Source of the DNA: Dehalococcoidia bacterium
GTDB lineage: Bacteria; Chloroflexota; Dehalococcoidia; Lucifugimonadales; UBA3495
Reading direction: 5' to 3'
Assembly: GCA_965219925.1 (NCBI GenBank)
Contig: OZ244795.1
Location: 199,395-263,394 of the forward strand
DNA: 64,000 bases
In this document: piece after piece, positions 25,275 to 34,400 of the stretch
How positions within the stretch are numbered: the first letter of the stretch is position 1
Layout of the letters: each line of letters starts with the position of its first letter
Made by a program: the position numbers and the translations under genes
The notes under the pieces: generated by a model
The model's database searches: none
Told to the model about the DNA's origin: nothing
What the model saw: only the letters and a program-made list of their open reading frames with translations

Positions 25275-28200
25275 ATGACAGTATCCCCTCTTCGTATCCG
25301 CTGGCTCGCAGTCGTGGCAGTTCTGGCCAGCGCCGTCGTTCTAAGCGCCTGTAGCGACGATCCGGCTCCCACGCCGGAGCCAACGGCTGCTCCGACCGCC
25401 GCGCCAACGGACACCCCCACACCAGAGCCAACGGCTACTCCGACTGCCACTCAAACGGACATGCCTGCTCCCGCCGCAGTTGATAGGGCCGCGCTGGTGG
25501 CGCTCTACGAAGCGACGGATGGAGCCAACTGGACGAGCAACGACAACTGGCTGAGCGACAGGCCAATCGGAGAATGGCACGGCGTAATCGCTGACCTCAG
25601 CGGGCGCGTCACCGAGCTGTCCCTCTCCGAGAACGAATTGAGCGGTCAAATACCGGCGGAGTTGGGCAGCCTCTCCAACCTGGAATCCCTGTGGCTCGGG
25701 TATAACCAGTTAAGCGGTGATATACCGGCGGAGTTGGGCAGCCTCGCCAACCTGGGATGGCTGTGGCTCGAGAATAATCAGTTGAGCGGTGAGATACCGG
25801 CGGAGCTGGGCAACCTTGCCAACCTGGTAGAGCTGAATTTCTCTGTTAACCAGTTGAGCGGAAAGATACCGGCGGAACTGGGCAACCTCGCCAGCCTGGA
25901 ATGGCTATGGCTCTGGGATAACCAGTTGAGCGGAGAGATACCGGTGGGGCTAGGCAACCTCGCCAACTTGGAAAGGTTGTGGCTCAATGATAACCAGTTG
26001 AGCGGCGAGATACCGGCGGAACTGGGCAACCTCACCACCCTGGGATCACTGGACCTCGATGGAAACCAGTTGAGCGGCGAGATACCTGGATATCTGGGCA
26101 GCCTCGCCAACCTGTACACGCTCGCCCTGGGGGATAACCAGTTGAGCGGCGAGATGCCGGAGGAACTGGGCAGCCTAGCCAACCTGCAATCGCTGTACCT
26201 CGCCGGTAACCAGCTGGGCGGGTGCGTGCCGGGCAGCTTACGAGACCAGTTGGATATGGACTACTCCGACCTGGGAGGGCTGCCGTTCTGCGGCGCCGCA
26301 TCCGAGCCCGCAGTCGTCGAGACGGACCGGGCGGCGCTGGTGGCGCTCTACGAAGCGACGAACGGAGCCAACTGGACGAGCAACGACAACTGGCTGAGCG
26401 ACAGGCCAATCGGAGAATGGCACGGCGTAATCGCTGACCTCAGCGGGCGCGTCGCGGAGCTATACCTCGACTTTAACCAGTTGGGCGGAGAGATACCGAC
26501 GGAGGTGGGCAACCTCACCAACCTGGAATGGCTGGGACTTGGCAGGAACCAGTTGAGCGGAGAGATACCGGGGGAGTTGGGCAGCCTCGTCAACCTTCAA
26601 TACCTGCTCCTCTCTGAGAACCGGTTGAGCGGCGAGATACCGACGGAACTGGGCAACCTCTCCAACCTGAAATGGCTGGGATTTGCCAGAAACCAGTTGA
26701 GCGGGGAGATACCGGAGGAGTTGGGCAACCTCGTCAACCTGCAAGAGCTGTTCCTCTCTGAGAACCAGTTGAGCGGCGAGATACCGGCCGAGTTGGGCAA
26801 CCTTCCAAACCTACTAGTGCTGTATCTCTCCGGCAACCGGTTGACCAGGTGCCTACCCGATGGGTTGGGAGAGATACAGGAAAGTGACCTCAACATCATG
26901 TCCATTCGTCCGCCCTTGTGCGGAACAACCCCGGCGAGCATGATCGCGGCGGGCGGCACAATCGCAGTCCTTCAGTCTCTTGAGTCACTGTCGGACGCTC
27001 ATCGGAGAGCTGGCACAGAGTTTGAGTGGTCGCAGGTGTCGGGTCCGCCCGTTGAACTCCTCGATGCGAATGCTGAGTATGCTCGGTTCACGGCCCCGGT
27101 GGTCGTTGAAGACACCATCTTGGTGTTTGTGCTGAAAGCCGAATATCAGAACGACGTCACGGTGATCGATACTGTGCCGATACGCGTCGTTCCCGTGAGA
27201 ACGGAGAGGGTGTTGGCCGCTTTGGTGGACTTTCTTGACGTGGACCCTGAAGAAAGACCCTTTACCAGGGAGGATATCGTCAAGCTCCTTGAGGATAATG
27301 ACGATTCTTTGAGCAATTTCATTGCTCTGACCTCGCGCAATTTGGTGAGCGTTGACTTTGACGTCCTGGACTGGATCACTGTCGACAAGGACAGGACGGG
27401 CTATCCACCGGATGGTGGTACGGTCGTAGAGGACGTCGTCAGCAGGATGTCCGACTTTGCCGACTTGAGTCAGTATGACAAGGTGATGCCGTTGATCTTT
27501 CCTCTCGACCAAGGGTATCCCGGGTGTCAAGCCTACCTGGATAAGGTCCACTGGGACACGCCAAACGGCCGCTTCGAGCTAGGCGCCTCGTGGCTGAGCG
27601 GATATGACATGGGTTGTGTAAACAAAGGCAGGATAGCACACGAGTTTGGACACACATTCGGGTTCGTGCATTCGTACTTGATTGACTGCGCTAAAGAGCC
27701 GCCCTTGCCGGCGAGCATGACTGACCCCACTGACAAGAACAGCTCCTGCTTCTCTCACGGATACGACGGAGATACATATGTGGGGAAAGAGGACGCTGGG
27801 ATTGCCGCCAACATGGACTTTGACATGCTGGGGGGCGACCATCGATACGAGAGCTTCTTTCCGGTTCACTTCCACGCAACATGGCAGGATCGAGCCGGAT
27901 GGTTGGCCGAAGCCCAGGTCGTTGCTGCTAACAGCGCCGGCGAGTACTCGCTCACCGCTTTGGAATCCCTTACTCCCACACCGAAGGCTGTGAGGATATT
28001 CTTGGGAACCGATCACAAGGGTAACTCCCTATACTATCTGATCCAACATCGTGAGTTCAGCCCGTGGTCCATGGGTTCGCCGGACTCCGGGCAACAGGTG
28101 GAGTCTTCGTGCCAAGCCGATGTGAGGCTTGAAGCCTCCAACATATTTGAGCGTGGGTTATTCAATACTTACTTTTTCAGTGGGTATATCGACGGCGTGA

Positions 28201-28652
28201 GCGTGGATTCCATATCACGCCCTGGTAAGCCGTTATGGGACCCTTACCGTGGCATTTGTATCGAAATACTTGATTGCATAGATACTCCGATAGGTGAGGT
28301 TGTCAGGATGCAAGTCAACTTTTCCAAACTGGATATTGACGCGCCGGTAGTCGCCATTTTCGGTACTGCCGGAAAAGCGACGATAAAGATGACAAACAAC
28401 GGCAGCGTACCGATTGACGTTGGCTCTGCCTCGATCGGGGGCAGGCATCCAACCGCATTTGTCGTTGATTCTGATGAATGCAGTGATTCCACAATGAAAT
28501 CGAAAGCGTCGTGCGAGATCATCCTGTCGCATGTCCCAACCGACACTGAGGACGATGAACCCAACAATCACGGTGTGTTGAAGATCCCGAACAATGACGC
28601 GTTGGCGCCCGAGATGACGGTGAGTCTATTTGCGGCGAATGCAAACCGATGA
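25275..28652 (+). CDS. lipoprotein with two plant-type LRR modules, Ig/PKD-like region and HExxH metalloprotease-like domain (1125 aa)
   Basis: AAGGAG SD. Lipobox VVLSAC. Pro/Thr linker. Twice the cap ALVALYEATxGANWTSNDNWLSDRPIGEWHGV followed by 24-aa LSGEIPAELGNLxNLxxLxLxxNQ repeats. GRIAHEFGHTFGFVHSY at nt ~27630. Confidence 0.85.
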   Translation: MTVSPLRIRWLAVVAVLASAVVLSACSDDPAPTPEPTAAPTAAPTDTPTPEPTATPTATQTDMPAPAAVDRAALVALYEATDGANWTSNDNWLSDRPIGEWHGVIADLSGRVTELSLSENELSGQIPAELGSLSNLESLWLGYNQLSGDIPAELGSLANLGWLWLENNQLSGEIPAELGNLANLVELNFSVNQLSGKIPAELGNLASLEWLWLWDNQLSGEIPVGLGNLANLERLWLNDNQLSGEIPAELGNLTTLGSLDLDGNQLSGEIPGYLGSLANLYTLALGDNQLSGEMPEELGSLANLQSLYLAGNQLGGCVPGSLRDQLDMDYSDLGGLPFCGAASEPAVVETDRAALVALYEATNGANWTSNDNWLSDRPIGEWHGVIADLSGRVAELYLDFNQLGGEIPTEVGNLTNLEWLGLGRNQLSGEIPGELGSLVNLQYLLLSENRLSGEIPTELGNLSNLKWLGFARNQLSGEIPEELGNLVNLQELFLSENQLSGEIPAELGNLPNLLVLYLSGNRLTRCLPDGLGEIQESDLNIMSIRPPLCGTTPASMIAAGGTIAVLQSLESLSDAHRRAGTEFEWSQVSGPPVELLDANAEYARFTAPVVVEDTILVFVLKAEYQNDVTVIDTVPIRVVPVRTERVLAALVDFLDVDPEERPFTREDIVKLLEDNDDSLSNFIALTSRNLVSVDFDVLDWITVDKDRTGYPPDGGTVVEDVVSRMSDFADLSQYDKVMPLIFPLDQGYPGCQAYLDKVHWDTPNGRFELGASWLSGYDMGCVNKGRIAHEFGHTFGFVHSYLIDCAKEPPLPASMTDPTDKNSSCFSHGYDGDTYVGKEDAGIAANMDFDMLGGDHRYESFFPVHFHATWQDRAGWLAEAQVVAANSAGEYSLTALESLTPTPKAVRIFLGTDHKGNSLYYLIQHREFSPWSMGSPDSGQQVESSCQADVRLEASNIFERGLFNTYFFSGYIDGVSVDSISRPGKPLWDPYRGICIEILDCIDTPIGEVVRMQVNFSKLDIDAPVVAIFGTAGKATIKMTNNGSVPIDVGSASIGGRHPTAFVVDSDECSDSTMKSKASCEIILSHVPTDTEDDEPNNHGVLKIPNNDALAPEMTVSLFAANANR

Positions 28653-28815
28653 CAGCTTCCGCCGATCAGAAAGTGAAGCCGATGACCTCGGCCCATCGGA
28701 AGTCGGAGTTCCGGTGGGCTAGGCGCCCCGCCTCGGGCTGGGCCATCATCGAAACCCGAGACTATGGAACGGACTTCCCTGAGCCCTGCCCGAGTCGTAG
28801 CGCAGGAGGTTCGAT

Positions 28816-30054
28816 ATGAGCCAAAGGCCCTATCAAGTCCGCAACAATGTACTGGCGACCTCCCTGTGCTTGGGCCTGTTGGCCCTGGCGCTCGTCGGCT
28901 GCGGTTCGGACACCGAGCCTGTCCGAGAGACAACTGCCGCAACGGACACGGCTTATGCGGGACTGCTGGGAACCATCCCCGACACTGCCGAACTGCGCCA
29001 GCAGGTTTACATCAACGATTACGCTTTGGTCCGCCAGCTGTTTGACATCCCCCTGCCTGGGCCAGGGGACGACGATGATGCGCTGGTGGAATTCTACGAG
29101 CGGCCTCCTCCAACAGGATTCGAGGGGGAGGCTGACGATCCTCCAGTCCCGGGGTTTGGGGCCATTTCATTCTTCGGCCCGTTCAACCGATACAGGAACT
29201 TTACGGCTGAGAATCTCCAACACCTTGCCTTCGACGTGCGGAGCATGGACCAGAGCATTGTAGCCTTTGCGCTCCCCGCCACACTGGATGTAATCCGGGG
29301 CCGCTTTGATCCCCAGGCTACCGACAAGGCCCTGGGGTCCTGCTCCGAGTGCGAACCGCCCAGCTGGGAGGAGTACGGGGGCGTCTCCTACTATAGCTGG
29401 GGCGAGGATTACGCCGCCAATCCGCAACTGAGATTCGCACCCCCGGCCTTCGACGAGATTGGCAGAGGGGGGCGTATCGCAGTCCTGGACGAGTATGTAT
29501 TCCGCACCCTTGGGGCTTCCGACATGGAGGCGTTGATAGACGCTGGCCTGAACGAGGCCGCCTCCCTGGCGGACGTGGAGGAGTTCCGGCTTCTGGCCGG
29601 CGGGATGTCCCGGCTGGGGGCCTACACCATGCTCTTGAGCGATGACGTTGAGGTCTGGGATGCGGAGGACTATTACGTGCTGCTCCTGCAGGATGGCGCT
29701 ACCGGTAAGGACGTGGTGCAGGCGCAACGGGAACTGTCCGAAAGGGGTCCCTGGCTGCGTCCCTACGAGGCGTTTGCCACCGGCGCAGGCAAGGATGAGA
29801 ACGGGCACTATATGGCCCTTGTGCTGGTTCACGCCGACGACGCCTCTGCGGAAGAGAACGTGGGACTGCTGCGCAGGATCATCGAGGAGGAAGGCTCGGT
29901 CCTCTACGACATCTCATGGTCAGACTACATTGACGTTGAGAGATCGGAAATCCACGCCGAGGGACGTGTGCTTCTGGCCAAGCTCAGAGGCCCGCAGGCC
30001 CTCCATTGGCTCCGCTGGGTGCTCCAGCGCGACAGTCTCATATTGTACGAATAG
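28816..30054 (+). CDS. lipoprotein of unknown function (412 aa)
   Basis: AGGAGG lies 7 nt upstream. Lipobox LALVGC. Confidence 0.7.
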   Translation: MSQRPYQVRNNVLATSLCLGLLALALVGCGSDTEPVRETTAATDTAYAGLLGTIPDTAELRQQVYINDYALVRQLFDIPLPGPGDDDDALVEFYERPPPTGFEGEADDPPVPGFGAISFFGPFNRYRNFTAENLQHLAFDVRSMDQSIVAFALPATLDVIRGRFDPQATDKALGSCSECEPPSWEEYGGVSYYSWGEDYAANPQLRFAPPAFDEIGRGGRIAVLDEYVFRTLGASDMEALIDAGLNEAASLADVEEFRLLAGGMSRLGAYTMLLSDDVEVWDAEDYYVLLLQDGATGKDVVQAQRELSERGPWLRPYEAFATGAGKDENGHYMALVLVHADDASAEENVGLLRRIIEEEGSVLYDISWSDYIDVERSEIHAEGRVLLAKLRGPQALHWLRWVLQRDSLILYE

Positions 30055-30160
30055 GGACCGGCCTCCCGCCCACGGTAATTCCGGGTAACAAAAAGAGCGC
30101 GCATACATGGCGGGATAGGGGGAGGGCGATGGCTTCCCTTGGGGTGGGTTCGCCCAGGCC

Positions 30161-30304
30161 CTAGTATTACAACGACGGCTTGAGTCTCCGCTTCGGGAAC
30201 GCTGCTGACCGCAAGGGTCGCCGCAATAGTCTGAGGATGCACATCTACGAAGGGAAAGGCAACGCATCCGGTATCCTGCAAAAAATGCGTCGTTGTAATA
30301 CTAG
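30161..30304. mobile_element. 144-bp MITE-like element, copy a (TIR CTAGTATTACAACGACGG)
   Basis: The 18-bp left TIR at 30161-30178 matches the right end at 30288-30304 in 17 of 18 positions. Same length and TIRs as 51837..51980. Confidence 0.7.
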
Positions 30305-30311
30305 GGGAATG

Positions 30312-30452
30312 GTAAATACGCGCTCTCAGGCTGGTTTTGAGCCTTGGATGACTTGTGAGTCGTCCAAGGGCTGAAATCGCTGTCACAGCGCGTATTTGTA
30401 TCCTCTATCGCGATTTTTCAGGCAGATCGGATAGCGGTTTTCCAAGCTGGTG
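30312..30452 (+). repeat. 157-bp interspersed repeat family, diverged copy 3
   Basis: ACGCGCTCTCAGGCTGGTTTT..GTCACAGCGCGTATTTGTATCCTCTATCGCGATTTTTCAGGCAGATCGGAT aligns with copies 1 and 2. Confidence 0.65.
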
Positions 30453-30527
30453 ATGAATTGGCCACCGTACAGTTCGAAAGTACGGTGGCGAGTTTCTACG
30501 TGGTTCGGTTTGTCGTATTAGCTGTTC

Positions 30528-30640
30528 TCACGGCACCGTTATTCGGGCGGGGTAGATGTAGTCGGATCTGACGCCGTCGTTCTTGAGTGCGTGTACTCGG
30601 TAGAGGTATCTGGTGACGGACTGTCTTAGTACTACAGTCG
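30528..30640 (-). pseudogene. FN3-type C-terminal fragment
   Basis: ..SVTRYLYRVHALKNDGVRSDYIYPARITVP-stop has the Y.Y.V.A.N..G ending typical of FN3 repeat proteins. No gene body is present. Confidence 0.35.
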
Positions 30641-30792
30641 CACATGACCGCCCAGAGGGTCAGGCGGTATTGAAAATCGCAATGTCCAGCTATGGCGTAC
30701 TGGCTTTGCTCTTAAGTGAGCAAAGCTAAATCCAGTGATGGATCGAGACTAAGAGTAGCGAGTTAGTGTTTGTGCGGCTGTAGTATTAAAGC

Positions 30793-31314
30793 CTATCCTA
30801 ATAACCCGGCGGCTCTGAGAGCGATAAGGGCACAGGCGAAATGCAGAAAGGCGATGTAGTTGCCGGGAGACTTGTCCCAGCGGACTAAATTGCGCCGAAA
30901 GCGGTAGCTGGTTACTTGGCCGCCCCGCTCCGTGGGCGCGTTCCAGTACAGCTGGACGGTGTCGGAGTTGACCATGTGTATCGCGAGGTTGCCCGGCACG
31001 TGGGGCCACTGGTGCGGCTTGGCCGGGATGTCCATTAGGTCGTTGCTGGCCGCCCCGGCCGGGCCCCTGATACCCACGTCGTTCTGGGCCCGCACCAGGT
31101 ACTGGTATTGGTGGTCCGGCGCTTGGCCGTTGATTTGGTAAGTGGTTTTCAGCCCGCTGACTCCTCCGACTACGTGCCAGCCCAGGTCGTCTCTCTTGGA
31201 TTCGATGATGAACCGGTATGGCGTGCCGCTTTCGGGCGCGTCCCAGTGGACCCTCGTTCCGATGGCGCTCTCTCGGTTGACCCAGATCGGCGCCCCGACT
31301 GGACTGACGCGCAA
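30793..31314 (-). pseudogene. fragment of an FN3-repeat protein (two FN3 units, no signal peptide)
   Basis: VHWDAPESGTPYRFIIE..YQYLVRAQNDVG and PHQWPHVPGNLAIHMVNSDTVQLYWNAPTERGGQVTSYRFRRN parallel the last units of 37348..40899 (AAHQWDDIPRSLNISIRDGSAVSLTWYAPERTGHQVDSYRIYRK). Confidence 0.55.
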
Positions 31315-31446
31315 TGTGGGTAGCCTTTACTGGTTTGGCAGGGGGATCACATGGATTATTTTCCGATTGTTCTGGTCGCCATCATACCCACCGTCATCGC
31401 CTTCTGGTTCTTTCTGAGCCGACCACACGTGGGCGTTTAGAGCAAG

Positions 31447-31683
31447 GTGATGGTATTCGTGATTTGGTTTGTATCATCGATCCCACTGGGCGCAGTAATC
31501 TTTGTGTTGTCGGCGTTGTTCTACCTTTCGAGCGGTGGGCACGGGGGATGGGATGCCAAACCGAGGGAAGCGGATATGGCGGTCGCTGCTCCACTGGCGT
31601 TATTACTCAACGGATACCTGGGGCTCGTAGCCTGGTGGTTCGACTCACGCCATAGCCGTCGTAGCGCGAAGACGCCGCCATAG
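31447..31683 (+). CDS. possible small membrane protein (78 aa)
   Basis: Two hydrophobic segments. A 29-codon hydrophobic ORF (31351-31440) sits in the same frame, separated only by TAG plus two codons. Confidence 0.3.
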   Translation: MMVFVIWFVSSIPLGAVIFVLSALFYLSSGGHGGWDAKPREADMAVAAPLALLLNGYLGLVAWWFDSRHSRRSAKTPP

Positions 31684-31972
31684 CGGCGGTTACCGGTAGT
31701 CCTGCGATTAGGTTCCACCAGAATCGGGTACCGCGTCGCGTCCCCTGCTCCAAGGCTATGCCAATGATGACCAGCGGGGCCGCTCCCATCGGGGAGGCCC
31801 CGCTGGTTTGGGTTGCTGTTGCTGCTCCTTGATTCGGATGAAGGGGTCAATTCGCCGGTGGGCTTCGTGCCCTCCGGTGTGGATTCCTCGTCCATCAGTG
31901 TGTCGCAGCAGGTGGTCGGCCAACGGGGGTGTGTTCCACTGCTTCGGGCGTGGCCTGTCGTCCCGCGAGGTT

Positions 31973-33967
31973 TCAGTCAATGCTCAGGTAAACCCGGTTG
32001 GAATATGGGCTGTCGCCGCTGGCGTTGAGCGCCCTGACCTGGTAGGACCGGGTGCCGGACACGGCCGGGTCCACGTAGGTGGTGGCGGTGGAGCCGGTGA
32101 GGATGGTGGTGCAGTGGCTGCCGTCGGGCAGCCAGTCCCGGCAGCGGTACACTCGGTAGCCGGTCAGCCCGTCGCTGGGGTCGGGCGCGGTCCAGGCGAG
32201 CGTGATCGTGCCGGCTGCGGAGTCGTAAACGGCGGTCAGGCCGGTTGGCGCCGGCGGGGCGCCGGCGTCCGGCGCCTTGATGCGGACATAGCCGGCGAGG
32301 TAGCCGTCGCCGTGGTCTCCCACGGCCCGTACCCGGTAGGAGTACGTCTGCCCGGCTTCGATTGCGGAGTCGGCGTAGCTGGCCGCGGTGGAGCCGGTGA
32401 GGAAGTTGTTGCAGGTGATGTCATCGACGGTGGCCCAGGAGCAGCGGTACAGCCGGTAGTTGCGCACGTCGTCCGCTGGGTCGGGGGCCGTCCAGCTGAG
32501 TTCCATCGTTCCTGCGGACCCGCGGTACTGGCCGGTCAGGTCCGTGGGTTGTCCCGGCACGCCGACGGCGACCGCTGCGGCCGTCAGCCTGGCTACGTCC
32601 GAGAAATAGGTCCGCGCGTCATCGTAGTGGGCCTGCACCCGGTAGGTGTAGTTGACGCCGGGCCGCAGGGTGGTGTCCTGGTAGGAGGTTTGGGTGGCGT
32701 CAATGGTGAACTGTCGCCGGCAACCTTCCCGGCCGCAGGGCGTCGCGCTGCGCAGCAGCGTGTAGGAGCGCACGTCGCCGGCGACGGCGTGCCACGCCAC
32801 CACCGCCGTGGAGCCCTCCTGCCCCACGGTGGGCGTGTCCGGCTTGATGGGGATGAAGCCCAGGGCGTCCCGCTCCGGCAGGCTGGCCGGCGGTGGCGGG
32901 GCGCTCTCGGCGGTTCCCGATGCTTTGGCTACGGTCAGGGTGGCGGTGGCTTCGGCCACGTTGTCGTCATCGGCCGACGCCACGGTCACCCGGACGGTGT
33001 ACTCGCCGGCCGGCAGGTTGTGGAGGGCGGCGTTCAGGTTGGCCACCTCGCCGGCGTTGATTGCCACGGGGCTTTCGACCCGGGCGTACGGTGGGTTCTG
33101 CGCTAAGTCGTCATCGGTTACGCCCACGGTGAAACGGTCCGGGCTGCCGGCGACGTAATCGCCCCCGGTGAGCGCCGTGACCGAAACCGTGACCGACCCG
33201 TCGGGCTCGGCTACGTTGTCGTCGTGCAGCGGGACGGAGAGCTGAGCCTGGGCTGCGTCGCGGGCGAAGGTCGCGCTGGCGGGAGGCGGCCCGTACAGGA
33301 AGTCTCCTTCCTGGCTCACCGAGACCTGCACCGTGAGGCTTTCGGTGATGCCGCGCGTGCGGGCCAGGGTGAAGGCGATGTTGCCGTCGCTTTCGGCCAC
33401 GCTGGATTGGTCGGAGGCCACGGTTATCGCTGGCGGCCCGAGCACGGTGAAGCGGCCGGTGGCAGTGTCGGCGGCTGTGCTGCCGGCGGCGGAGAGCGTT
33501 GTCTCGACGGTATAGCTGCCGGCGGGGCATTCGCTGGCAACGTTGCCGGTCCTGACTTCGGGGTTTTCGTCCACCCGGCGCATGTAGCGGTCTACGCCCA
33601 GGCCGTAACCGCCGGCGTTGTCCTCGCAGACGTCGGTGGGGCTGCCGCGGGCGTCCTTGACGTCGGCGCGGAAAACGTAGTCGATGGTGGCGGCGTCGGA
33701 GTCGTACTCCAGGTTCCGGAATGTCATGGTGACGGCGATGGCCGTTCCCGGCTCAACCGGAACGTTGGGGGAAAGGCGGACCGTTGCGGTGGGAGACGCC
33801 TGTGCGTGCGCTGGGTGTTCCCGATTGACGAGAAAACTCAGCACGGCAGTCGCCGTGAGCAGAACGGCCACTGCCAGGCAGGCTCCGGCTATCTTTCGAC
33901 CGGTGTTGCGCCGCATCGTGGGGACCCATGGTCGGGCGGCGTTCTTTTCTGTTGGCTCGTGTCTCAT
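31973..33967 (-). CDS. secreted protein: novel two-Cys domain, Calx-beta-like modules, FN3 repeats (664 aa)
   Basis: The start is placed at MRHEPTEK (ATG 33967, AGGAG 11 nt upstream). Hydrophobic anchor or signal IAGACLAVAVLLTATAVL. TIDYVFRADVKD..CEDNAGGYGLGVDRYMRRVDENPEVRTG..CPAGSYTV. ESDGNIAFTLARTRG..DDNVAEPDG (Calx-beta-like). Multiple ..W.AP...D....Y.LYR FN3 units. Confidence 0.85.
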   Translation of the reverse strand: MRHEPTEKNAARPWVPTMRRNTGRKIAGACLAVAVLLTATAVLSFLVNREHPAHAQASPTATVRLSPNVPVEPGTAIAVTMTFRNLEYDSDAATIDYVFRADVKDARGSPTDVCEDNAGGYGLGVDRYMRRVDENPEVRTGNVASECPAGSYTVETTLSAAGSTAADTATGRFTVLGPPAITVASDQSSVAESDGNIAFTLARTRGITESLTVQVSVSQEGDFLYGPPPASATFARDAAQAQLSVPLHDDNVAEPDGSVTVSVTALTGGDYVAGSPDRFTVGVTDDDLAQNPPYARVESPVAINAGEVANLNAALHNLPAGEYTVRVTVASADDDNVAEATATLTVAKASGTAESAPPPPASLPERDALGFIPIKPDTPTVGQEGSTAVVAWHAVAGDVRSYTLLRSATPCGREGCRRQFTIDATQTSYQDTTLRPGVNYTYRVQAHYDDARTYFSDVARLTAAAVAVGVPGQPTDLTGQYRGSAGTMELSWTAPDPADDVRNYRLYRCSWATVDDITCNNFLTGSTAASYADSAIEAGQTYSYRVRAVGDHGDGYLAGYVRIKAPDAGAPPAPTGLTAVYDSAAGTITLAWTAPDPSDGLTGYRVYRCRDWLPDGSHCTTILTGSTATTYVDPAVSGTRSYQVRALNASGDSPYSNRVYLSID

Positions 33968-34043
33968 GGTGCTGGCAGCTCCTGGTCTCTGGCGGCTTTC
34001 GGGGGCGGTTGCTTGCGGCCTGAGGCGGATCCAGCCGACGGTT

Positions 34044-34400
34044 TCAGCTGATGGTGAGACTGGCGTCTCCGGTGGAGAGGATGTTTCCGTCGGCATCCAG
34101 GAAGGTGGCCCGGACGGTGAATACGCCGTCCGGGCAGGATGTGGCGACCTGGGCGTCCCGGGTCTCGGGGTCCTGGTCAACCCGGTTCATGTACCGGAGC
34201 GTTCCCATACCAGCGCCCTCGCATGAGGCAGCGCCGTTCCCCTGGGAGTCAAGCATGTCCATGCGGAACCGGTAGGACATCTCGTTCTCTGCGGGGATGT
34301 TGGCGAAGCTCATGGTCGCGGTGACGGCTGTTTCTCCGGTTTCCATGATGCCGGCGCTGGAATTTTGAGATCTGGGCCTGGGACCGGGGTGAGGCCCTTG
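34044..34400 (-). pseudogene. novel two-Cys domain ORF, out of frame with and overlapping the end of 34310..37171
   Basis: ..SSAGIMETGETAVTATMSFANIP..SYRFRMDMLD..CEGAGMGTLRYMNRVDQDPETRD..CPDGVFTV. Homology to the domain starts upstream of the only ATG (34346), so it is either a frameshifted C-terminal domain of the 953-aa gene or a truncated ORF. Confidence 0.55.

Noticed and set aside
31808-33106. 432-aa plus-strand ORF
   Set aside because: It is antisense to 31973..33967. The translation is Gly/Val/Arg low complexity.
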